NCBI RefSeq assembly: GCF_041146345.1
Contig: NW_027191413.1
Location: forward strand, 2,976,001-3,040,000
DNA: 64,000 nucleotides
Direction: 5' to 3'
Source: Neodothiora populina
Lineage: Eukaryota
This document shows positions 48,414 to 59,012 of the stretch, one piece after another; position 1 is the stretch's first letter; each line of letters opens with the position of its first letter. Below the pieces are notes generated by a model. It had not been told where the DNA came from and did not search any database. It saw only the letters and a list, made by a program, of their open reading frames with translations. A program made the translations under genes and the position numbers.

Positions 48414-49498
48414 TCATTCGCTTGCAATTTGCATTGCTTCCATCGAGGCAAGCTTCGGGTAAGGATAGCCACCAATCTCGACAAACAGCTTTCCTGCATT
48501 CGCCATCAAATCGGCAGCATCTTGACCAAGCCACTGGGGAATGAGTCCTTTCCTAGAAATCTCCATTTCACGGAGAATGTTACCACAAGCCTGTGAATTG
48601 TGTCAGTGAGGTTGATCGTGAGTGGCTTTAGCGAGCAGAAGACACATACCAGCACACCGAACCCTTTCTTGGTATGGTCGGCCGACAGCTTCATGATCAC
48701 CTCTGCCACGCCTTCCGTAGTGTTCTGGGGAAGTTTTCGCTTTGCCCACTCCTGAGCAAAGTTCTTGGACATGTCAGTGGGGGTAAAGAATGGGGCAACC
48801 CCGTTTACTCGGAGACTGTATCTTTCGGCGTGCACTTGTGAGGCGCGCAACAACCCGGTAACTCCATGTTTCGACGATATATAGCCAGCAACGCCAGTAG
48901 CTCCAAAGTAGCCAGAAGTCGAGATGACTAGGAGGATAGAGCCACGAGAACCGTCCGGGAAGCTAGACTGGTTATCTTTCATATGATGCATGCCAAGCCG
49001 AATCGCTGAACAATCCAAAATGAGCTACGCGACTCTGGAAATGCATCTTTGAGGCCTGCACTTACTACTGAGTGTGCCCTTGATATTGATATCGATTACT
49101 CTCGATATTTCCGTGGCCTCGATAAGCTCACCATTGGCATCAACAGCCTCGACATCTAGCCCCGAGGCGGATTCCATGACGCCAGCATTAGCAATCACAT
49201 ATTCGATGCTCCCGAACTTTTCTTTGGCTTGTCTGAATAGATTTTTCATCTGTGACCAGTCCAGAGTACTGGTCGCGACAAAGATAGCTTTTGCTGGATC
49301 AGATAGTGACGCGATGGTTGCCTCAGCAGAAGCTCGAGAATACTCCAAGTCGGCTAACACGACATTTGCACCATTCTTAGCGAATATTTGAACGATCTTG
49401 GTTCCGATTCCTCCGGCTGCTCCAGTGACAATGACAGTCCTGCCACCCACATTCTGAAGCACGTCGTCATCCAGCTGAACAGGGTGTACAAAAGACAT
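48414..49498 (-). CDS. Short-chain dehydrogenase/reductase (15-hydroxyprostaglandin dehydrogenase-like), 3 exons
   Basis: VTGAAGGIG, VIANAG, STSGY, YISSKHG, VNGVAPFFTPT; spliced C-terminus ACGNILREME...QIASE*. Confidence 0.9.
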
Positions 49499-50416
49499 GA
49501 TTTAGAGCTTGTGTGGGTATTGAGTTAGGCGATACAGATACTATGGTATGGGAACCGGATAGTGCCCTAGCATCTATTATAAATCTTGCCCGGCTTTGAG
49601 AAGGATTCAATGACTACGGAGTCATTTAGCTTATAGCCGAAGTCTCGGACAATGCATCAGCACTTTGTGGATATGACTTCTTGCTCCATCGAGTCACGGA
49701 CGTGTCCGAACTCCACGTCTCCCTGATGCAAGCATGAGGGGTCATTAGCGTCGACAATCAATTGGGCAATACATGGACACATGTATCCTGTAAGCCGATA
49801 GGATGTTCTAATCGCAATAGCATGCTTTGTTTCCGAAGGTAAAGGCCGAGGCCGTCCGAGCAATACGGCATGAAGATCTACAGCCGCATGAAGCGGGTGA
49901 AAGAAAAGCCATAACTCCTGCCACATGTTTTGGTCACATGGAAGCAGTACCATCAACACTCTCGCTTCCTCAAAGGCCCGAGAAACGTGGGTCATGGTTT
50001 TGGTGTCTGGAGTGAGAGTATTGGGGCCCCAGACCTTGGCGGTGCGGGGAAACTGGGGTCATCTATTAAGGTACAACGGGACGAACACAGTGGCGCTAGT
50101 CGAGTCTCGAGTGGTTCCCAGGAACCCTTCATTGAGGCGGATCTCTTCTGAAGGCACGTGTAAATGACATTGCGTATATGAAATAGCCTACGCTATACGT
50201 GTGCAGTTCTAGAGATTCATTGGTCTCGTGCTCTGTTGAAATTCCCCGAGCTAGGTATGGAGCCTTGGTATCATGGTCACTCCCATCACCAGGCTGTTTA
50301 GAGACCAATCTCATCGGTGATATGACAGCAGTGCTCTCCGTCTTCTATCTATCATGTCGACTTAGTCCATCACAGTGGCACGCGAAAGTAGCAACATCAT
50401 TATACAATACTGGACC

Positions 50417-52052
50417 ATGTCTGGTATCAAGACGTCTATGACCGAGGCAAGGGTCGAGTTCTCTGAGAACTCACAAGACAATATGCACAGGACACCTGCG
50501 CTACCAATTGGAGCAGAACGCGTAGATTTGACAGAGCAGGAGGCGAGTTGGCATCTTTCCAATGTCCAATAGAGAGCCACTCTTATATGCAGCGTAGAAT
50601 TGCCGCCTTCGTCGTAAGACTGACAAAGTCATCCTGTCCCTTCTCGTCTGGGGATACTTCTTGCAGATCATAGATAAGACTGCTCTAGGATACGGAGCTC
50701 TCTTCGGACTTCGAACTGACCTCAAGCTTGTCGGCAAGCACTATTCGCTCGCGTCCAGTGCCACGCCTATCGCTCAACTAGCGTGGCAACCCATTTCGTC
50801 CTACCTTATCGTCAGAGCTCCACATCGGATCCTGCTGCCTCTACTCGTGCTTTTCTGGGGTATCACGATGGTTTGCATGGCAGCGTCATGGGATTTCGGT
50901 TCCTTGTTCGCTGGCAGGTTCATGTTGGGGCTTTTCGAAGGCAGCTGCCTTCCACTCTTCGCAATCCTGACCGGTAGATGGTACCGCAGATCCGAACAGC
51001 CTCTCCGAGTCGCTTGCTGGTATGGCACAAACGGAGTTGCCACAATCGCTATTTCAGTCATTGCTTATGGCTTAGCAAAGATTTCCCATTCTGCGATCGC
51101 AACATGGAGGATCCTGTTCCTCACCATCGGCCTTCTCACCGTCCTATCGGCTCCCTTATTGTGGTGGTTCCTGCCTAATGACATCGACAGCGCTCGATTT
51201 CTCACCGAGCATGAGAAGCGACAGACATATGAACGTCTTCGTGCCAATCAGTCCGGCGCTGCCAAAACGAAGTACAAGATGGCACATCTCGTTGAAGTTA
51301 TACTGGACCTAAAGACATATCCGGGGATTGGCATTGCCCTTTGCCTAAATTGCGGCGCTAGCGTAACTAACACCTTCGGTCCACTGATCCTCAGCGGCCT
51401 AGGATTCGACAAGTATACAACCTCTCTGTTGAATAAGCCGTTCGGTGCGACGCAGATCCTCACCATTGCCATCTCTTCGTTTGCTGCTCAGCGAGGCAAG
51501 AAAAAGGGAGGAGTCCTCTTAGCACTGGCTCTTCCAATCATTGCTGGTCTGGCGGCCTTGTATATGCTTCCTCGAGATCCCTCCCACACTGCCCCGCTTC
51601 TTGTCAGCTACTATCTATTGGGGTTCATCTTCGGCGGCAACCCCATCCTTGTCGCATGGATGGTGGGAAACACTGGTGGTTTCACCAAAGGCTCTGTGAT
51701 TATGGCGATATACAATGCTGCAGCCGGAGCAGGAAATATCATCGGCCCTCTCTTGTTCGCTACGCAGGACGCTCCAGCCTACAAGCCGGGTCTGAAAAGT
51801 GTCCTCGCAATGTTCGCTACACTGGCGGCCCTTGTAATCCTCCAAATGGTGTACCTCGTCTTCTTGAACAAACTCCAGGAGAGGAAGCGCGTCAAGGATG
51901 GGAAGCCAGCCAAGCTCGCAGATCTCAGCATGGAGCGCAGATATATCGCTATGGCTGAGGTTGCCGATGCTGAGCAGGGACCACGCATTGGTGACAACGC
52001 TTTCAATGACCTGACGGACAGACAGAACGACGAATTCATCTATATCTATTGA
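50417..52052 (+). CDS. Dal5/allantoate-permease family MFS transporter
   Basis: RRKTDKVIL...LQIIDKTALGY, GRFMLGLFE, WYRRSEQPLR, GNTGGFTK, GNIIGP, DLTDRQNDEFIYIY. First intron is GC-AG (50543-50597). Confidence 0.92.
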
Positions 52053-52441
52053 TCGTAGGCAGAGACGGTTTTCGGTTGCACTTTATTAATAAATGTTTGG
52101 TAATGCAGAGGTCCAGCTGAAACGCCAACCATGATGCCCTTACTTGGACTCATGATTATCAATTCTGCGATTCGCAAGAAATCATAAAGCTTAGAGCGGT
52201 CGGGTACCGGATCAACGTCCTCTATGCCACCAACATCGCCAATACGGTGATGACCCGCCAATCCAGCTGCAGCAAGGTAATATGGGGCCTTGCGCATATC
52301 CGGACATCCGTCTACAGAGACAGACACGTGCCGGAAACTCCTCTCTGATCCTTGCTGGACAGGATGGACAACTTCCGACAAAGACGGAGGGTTCACCTCG
52401 ATCTTACGAATAGTCAAGTCTCGTAGAAGTGGATTAGACAT
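52046..52441 (-). pseudogene. Truncated DUF1907 / C11orf54 (PTD012)-like gene fragment
   Basis: PPSLSEV...VSVDGCPDMRKAPYYLAAAGLAGHHRIGDVGG...PVPDRSKLYD...GVSAGPLH matches the family N-terminus as I recall it. Similarity stops after about 115 aa, where the frame runs into the 3' end of the permease. Confidence 0.65.
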
Positions 52442-53225
52442 TTATATCTAACGCCACGGTGATGTCGACAGCTAAGGAGTCATTGTGAGACAGAAGACAG
52501 AAAAGGTTCCCAGCATAATCTTCTTGTCACTATTTGATCAGCACCACCAATAGAGACGAGGTTTTACGGGAATGGGTTTATTGTATATGGTGAAGTTCAT
52601 CTTCAAACATGGCCCTTCGAGCCTTAAGAATGAGGTCAAACAGAACTGGGGTTGAACGCTTACAGCATATCCTCTCTAAAGCCTGTCAGCGGTTCAAATC
52701 GATGATCGCCAGCTACCGTTGCACATATAAGACTCGATACAGCGGTCGCCACCAGCCAAATTGCTGTACATCGGATGAACATCATTTACATTTTGAGATG
52801 TACAAGTACTGTACGTTTAGGTGGTGATGACAGAACCGTGCTGTGTTGCAATAAAGAAAGCGGGGCTCGCTTCGATATCACATTACCGTGATGCGGTACA
52901 TAGCCACTAAGAGCCATCGGAAGATAGCCGTGCCTAGGCATGGAATAGCAACAGATGCAACGACAACATACAGTAATGATAACATACCTGTGCATGAGGC
53001 ATCAGAATGTTTTTCCCTGGCTGGTCCACTATTGCCGTTCCTTTCTTGATTGTTGTCGCCGTTGACGCGTTAACCCCCGCTGTATAGCTCCACGGTAAGG
53101 ATAAGCAACGATAAGCGCTTAAGATCGTTGACCCCGTAATTTGAGTGCAAATCATCCATACATTAGGCGGAAAAAGCCACGTCCAAATTCGCTGATCTTC
53201 ATGGGTCAGGTATGGGGGTCCGCAA

Positions 53226-53666
53226 TCAAAAGCGAAACAGACGTTCATCATCCATAAATCCTCTATCGCTGACGAGAACAAGCTTCGGCAAAGCATCATC
53301 AATTGTGTGCTCAATGCGTTCGGCAGGGAAGGCCGGGTCGATGGGGGCATAGGCTGCACCCGATTTCATTACCGCCAATGCGGCTACAACCGTGTCGACG
53401 GAGCGTTCCAGAGCTACGGCAACCACATCTCCATGGCCAATTCCTTGCTCTTCGACCAGCACATGGGCGAGACGATTTGCGAGTGTGTTGAGCGTTTGAT
53501 AGTCAAGTTCTATGTGACCAGAGATTACCGCAACATGTCTAGGGTACCGCTCTGCGGCGCTCTCAAAAAGCCGTGGCAACGAAAATCCAAGCGTTGCGGG
53601 GTTATCCGTGGCGTTGAACTGGCCAATAAGGGTTTGGTGGTCTCGCGCTGAAATAGTTCCTGCCAT
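53226..53666 (-). pseudogene. Truncated NRPS adenylation-domain fragment (A1-A2 only)
   Basis: LPRLFE...LDYQTLNTLANRLAHVL, GDVVAVALERS, VMKSGAAYAPIDPAFPAERI. Stops before the A3 motif (YTSGSTG), which I could not find downstream. Confidence 0.8.
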
Positions 53667-54248
53667 TTTACACAGTAGATCTTGCTAACCTTGAAGTATT
53701 CGAAACTTCTTGCTATAGGTTGGTTGGTGTACATAGCACAGCAGCGGAAGACCGTACACTTGTATATCATGAGTACACATATCGTATGACATGCATCGCG
53801 AATCCTAGGCCTCTTGGGAAACCATAGCACCTGCCGATTGAGGCAGACTGCCGCTTTAAGGACACGGCCGTTTTAGGTATGTCACCATTTGAAGTACCTT
53901 GCCTTTTCAAACATAGTGTTGTTGTCAACATCCTGCATTTAATATCGACAAAAGAATGATTCCACCATCGAAAGGTCCGAACACGCTTGCAGAGATAAGG
54001 AAGGTCTCTTACGATGGTCCAGCTAGCATGTGGTGAGCAAAACTGGTTCGCTTCTCCATGATCAGCTACGCAACGAGTGACCCACGCCGTCAGCGGGACT
54101 ACCTAGTGATGCCCTCGATAGGTGCCTATCTCAGTATATATGTGCATTCGTGCGCCTTACCTTCAGCGAATTTTCATTGCAATATCGTTTGCCACATCAA
54201 TTCTCTACTTTTCTTCGTTGACTTTCACTAAGCCTTAACTAATCTGTC

Positions 54249-55391
54249 ATGTCTGTCCCCGAAAGATTTAGCGGTTTCCAGGCGCCTAGCGCCGAAAACT
54301 GGCTAGATTTCCAAAAAGGTTCCTGGGAGCCTCGTCCATTCGGTGACAACGATGTTGACATCAAGATTGAATGCTGCGGCGTGTGTGCTACGGACGTGCA
54401 TGTTGCCCGTCAAGATTGGGGCAAAACACCCTATCCCTTGGCTGTCGGCCACGAGATCATCGGGAAGGTGCTCCGCGTGGGTTCCAAGGTGTCACTTGCG
54501 ACAATCGGTCAGCGTGTTGGTATTGGCGCCCAGGTCTACTCCTGTGGAGACTGCCGGCACTGCAAGAATAACAATGAGACATACTGCAAGGAGCAGGTTT
54601 GCACGTATGGTGCACCATACCCTGGGACCAATTATACGACTCAGGGGGGTTCTCATCCCACGCCCGCGTCGATGAACACTGGTAAGGTCGATGGGAACGG
54701 GCGGGTGATTTGGTTTCTGATCGCTGACTTTGTGGTTGTTACTAGGGTGTTTCCAATACCAGACAGTCTGGCCAGCAGCGACGCCGCACCGATGATGTGC
54801 GCTGGTGCCACCGTGTTCAGTCCATTGAAACGCTTCGGTGCGAGACCTGGTACCAAGATCGGCGTCGTAGGCATCGGCGGGCTCGGCCATTACGCTATTC
54901 AGTTCGCAAAAGCTCTCGGCGCGGAAGTTTGGGCTATTTCGCGGTCGAATGCGAAAGAGGCTGATGCGAGATTGATGGGTGCCGATGGTTTTCTCGCTAC
55001 GAGTGAGGAAGGCTGGAACGAGCCGCACAAAATGACATTCAACCTTATCGTCAGTACAGCCAGCTCATTTGATGAGTTCCAACTATCACAATACCTCAGC
55101 CTCCTGGACATCCACGGGCGCTTCAATTTGGTTGGCTTGCCTGCTGACGGCATCAAAGTGTCGACTTTCGATTTCATCGAGAATGGCTGCTTCATGGGGG
55201 CAACGAATCTTGCTAGCCGACGCGAGGTGCTCGAAATGCTCGACTTGGCTGCCACCAAGGGTATCAAGTCATGGGTGCAAGAGATACCCATATCGAGGAA
55301 AGGCATCCAGGAGGTGATAGAGCAGATAGAGGATAGCAGCATTCGCTACAGGTCCTGCCTGATTGGTTACGATGAGGCGTTCGGAGTTTGA
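54249..55391 (+). CDS. Zn-dependent NADP alcohol dehydrogenase (CAD/Adh6-like) with an apparent -1 frameshift
   Basis: CCGVCATDVH, GHEIIG, CGDCRHCKNNNETYC, APMMCAG, GIGGLGH. Frameshift near 54644-54651 and intron 54682-54745. Confidence 0.88.
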   Translation: MSVPERFSGFQAPSAENWLDFQKGSWEPRPFGDNDVDIKIECCGVCATDVHVARQDWGKTPYPLAVGHEIIGKVLRVGSKVSLATIGQRVGIGAQVYSCGDCRHCKNNNETYCKEQVCTYGAPYPGTNYTTQGGSHPTPASMNTGKVDGNGRVIWFLIADFVVVTRVFPIPDSLASSDAAPMMCAGATVFSPLKRFGARPGTKIGVVGIGGLGHYAIQFAKALGAEVWAISRSNAKEADARLMGADGFLATSEEGWNEPHKMTFNLIVSTASSFDEFQLSQYLSLLDIHGRFNLVGLPADGIKVSTFDFIENGCFMGATNLASRREVLEMLDLAATKGIKSWVQEIPISRKGIQEVIEQIEDSSIRYRSCLIGYDEAFGV

Positions 55392-55791
55392 GTAAGCGAT
55401 ACACATACTTTCTCGTGGCTCTCTACGTTGTTGGGAGGACGGTTAGTTCATAATCCAGAGACAATCAATGTTATGGCAACATTCTGCTTTAATTAGCGCC
55501 ACCTCTGCAAGTGCCAATCATATGATGTACCCCTAACTGTGCCTTACTCGTTACAGGTCGTATATCCTGAGAGATGCTCCATGACCAGGTTTGTTTCTTA
55601 TGCCACAATCTGGCGAGACTTCTGGGAAGCTACGTCACAACACGAAAGCTGCATAGATGTACGTGCTTGTGCCGCTTGCTTGCGTCTCATGTCTGACATG
55701 CAATTGGAAGCTCAATGCGCGTTTTGACGCAGTACTTCTACGTATGTAGTTCTCTGCAACCTGGGACTGGAGAGCTGAGCTCTACGCGATT

Positions 55792-55867
55792 CTGCTGTTA
55801 TCAGGCGATAGATATGTTGTCAGGCGATACATCTGCTATTCGGCGATACTTTTGTTATCAGGCAATA
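55792..55867. repeat. Degenerate 19-bp minisatellite, 4 copies
   Basis: ctgctgttatcaggcgata / gatatgttgtcaggcgata / catctgctattcggcgata / cttttgttatcaggcaata. Confidence 0.8.
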
Positions 55868-56579
55868 TCTTTGATGTAAATATCGCTGCAAGTACGACTT
55901 ACCCTGCGTGAGTAAATGAAGTGTTGAGCAAGTGGATACATTTTTATAGTCCACCACTGCGGGGCGACTCCACATCCGAACACACGAGGTAGCCGAGGTT
56001 CAATGTCGAGACGTCCCCGGCCTGGAGAACTTCATCTCAATCTTGATGAAGTTGTGTTCGAAGAGCTGGTTACTCGAATTTACAGTCAGTATAGTCTGCG
56101 GTGTTGCACACTATGGTTTCACAGGAACTCTCGGGTGTCTAAATGACATGGACAAACGGGTGTCAACTCTTGAGTCTCCACGGAGAAGACCGATCTCATG
56201 GTGCTCGAGACAGCTAGCTATTTGCAGCTCTGCAGATAGTCGATGAGTACTGTATGTTGCGCAACGAATTTGATCGTGTTGATTCATGGTACAGTATGAC
56301 TCGAAGCTGATGTTAGTGCGGCTCTAGCGTAGGCACGGTGACCAAAAGTGGGGAACGACGGTTGAAACAAGAAGACAATGACGCTCAACACCAACAACGA
56401 TAAAACCCCGTAGCCGCCTCCAGTATACCGCGCTGATAGACGCGGGGTTCACTAAAACACTCGGCCAAATTGTTCTTTCCATCCTTCAAGGGGCACAATC
56501 TCAATCCGCGGCAAATTTGGATACATAGGACATTTGATACATTGGACAACTTACACACACCTAAACGGTTTATTGGGTA

Positions 56580-58409
56580 ATGCCTGAGATGCGTCTGTCC
56601 TGGCAGCCGGGATTTTCTCTGTCGAGGAAGCCCGCGAGAAGGCCAACACCATGCAGGGATAAAGGACAGCGTTACGAGTTCGTTGTAGAGCATCCCCGGA
56701 GAGCCCGTTGCGCAAGAAATTCCCCAGCCGTCACCAGCTCTACACAAATAGACTCTCCCTCTGACTCTTCGAGGGAGCAGTCTGTCACAGTAGACGCGCA
56801 TAGAGCTTATCCTCAAAGTGAGGCTGTTGGAGGAAACACAACTTTTGTTGAACTTCTGCCTGACGACTCGAACGGCGAAGAATGGCTCGAGAGCGAAGAA
56901 ATCTTAGATATAGAAACATTCGGCGGAGCGACCGAGCCTTACCTGGTCTCGTGCAATAGCGAAGACCAATATTCATCTTCGTGCTCACCCGAGCTCACGA
57001 CTGGCGGGCGCAATGATGCTGATCCAGAACCAGATGCCCCCACGGTCTCGACTTTAACTGACACATCCTCTTCTATCGAGGCTATACCAACGACTATATC
57101 CTACATTGACCTTATGCAACGGTTCAAGCCGATACTTAAAAGATGTATGCATTATGTATATGTATTCATACCTCCCACTCCTGACTTCTAGTTGTTAGAC
57201 AACGAGGAATTTTGCATGATTCCACTAACGTTCCATCTACGAATAAATCCGTTCCGATACCGTACAGACCTCGATCCAGAGCCGAGCTTTCTCGTCCACG
57301 CTGTGATGGCTCTCGCGGGTCATCACGTGACTAGTACCTCAACCTTGACTCATCGCCATACGGCACTTCATCTGCTTCGCCAGAGGCTCAACGCGTTAGT
57401 CGATGCGGAAGATGTGTACTCTATGCTGGATACGATCGTCATTATATTTTCATTAGATGTTGGTCAGACCCGTGTGCCTCAAACTGGGTTTAAACTGACG
57501 GTGAATCTAAGGAGACTCAGTCTATTCTCGGCAACTGGAGTACACATCTTGAGGGAGCATATAGCCTCCTTGAGGCTTGCGGTGGTATCACGATATTGCC
57601 CATGTCCTCTAGGTTTGAGGCTCAGATCGGAATACTTACTTGGTATGCGAAATTCACTTCTAGATATTCTCTGTAGCTAACATACTAGGTGGGATGCTAT
57701 CACAAGTCTCCTCTCAAGAGAAGACTGCGTGTTCCCTTACGCCTACTTTGATGCCGTGCTATCTAATCAGCACAGACGAGAATGGGATTTTTTTGGACTC
57801 TGCGGGTGTCCAACAAGTCTTGTAAAAGTTGTAATGCAGGTAGCACGCCTCAGCGCAGAGAGCCAAAATTCGTCCTCGACGTCATTCGAAAACACTACTA
57901 TTTCGGAGTTGGAGCAATCACTTGCGTCCTGGTGTCACATTCCTGCTCCAAAAGCTGCGCAAGACGAGGAGGCTATGCACCAGGATCAAGATGTTATGCA
58001 TTGCTCCGAGGCATGGAGGAATGGGCTCATCCTTTACATGTATAGGGTTTTCCGCTGGAAACTTGGAAGTGCAGTCCCATCACATATCTTGTACCGGGCA
58101 AGGGTAATTATAGACCACGTGCGCTCGTGTCGCGACATACACATGATTTCTAGGCAGGCTTTGTTACCCCTTGTTTTTGCAAGCTGCGAGACGCAAGATC
58201 GATCGATGCAAAGGGAGGTCATAAAACTATGCTCTATCTGGGACGAGAGGACCAGATATCATATGTTCCGTGAAACAATACCTCTACTCAAAGAAGTATG
58301 GGCTGAGCAAGAGAGGAATGGTTTTGAAAATGTGTGGTGGGGCCAGGTCGTAGACAAGCAACACACGTCAAGGGCTCATCCTCTAAAGATGCGACTTTGC
58401 TTTGGCTGA
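56580..58409 (+). CDS. Fungal_trans_2-type transcription factor lacking a recognisable zinc cluster (4 exons)
   Basis: YNEEFCMIPLT..INPFR, LVHAVMALA, WSTHLEGA, WWDAITSLL, FFGLCGCP, EAWRNG, QALLPLVFASCE. Introns at about 57145-57198, 57459-57511 and 57643-57688. Confidence 0.8.
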
Positions 58410-59012
58410 TTTAGTAGTATTATCTAGTGATCGCGGTTGATTCTCATGCGAGTATGAGATGAGCACGTTTATATATCTGCTCAGGTCTTGTGCTGATTTT
58501 ACGATATTACGATTTAAACCAACATTCAAACTAGGCAAGCTTCGATAGAGCGGAACGATTGCAAGTTGCCTGCATTTTGCGCTTCTGGTCTATCTATATC
58601 TGTGCGTCTGCATGTATGAGTCTTCATGCCAATCTTGTAAAGAGGCTTGATTGGGTTGTCAAGTTTATATGCATCGCATGTATGCTGAAATATACAGAGA
58701 GCACGGTGTAGGGCGGTCTGCGGCATCGGTCTCGATAGGAGCACAAGACTAATGGTAGGGGAGAGGTAATGGAATGGGTAGATCTCTGTAGGGTTGCTGA
58801 GAATTGCCGTTGAATAGTCGACGCGAATTTTGTTTGAACCCGGGCCACTTCTCAGCTGCATAACAGGGTTTGACGTATTAACTCGGCGAAGCTGGTTTGT
58901 CTAACGTGTAGCTACCCACTTTGCTAGAAAAGCTTCCAAGCATCTCGGATCTATCATCTCTCTGCATATATATCTCCCCAAAACTCCATAGAAGGCCCGG
59001 ATTCGTTGTCTT

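Noticed and set aside
55792..55867. Repeat array considered as CRISPR
   Set aside because: Eukaryotic context, contiguous units with no spacers, no cas genes.
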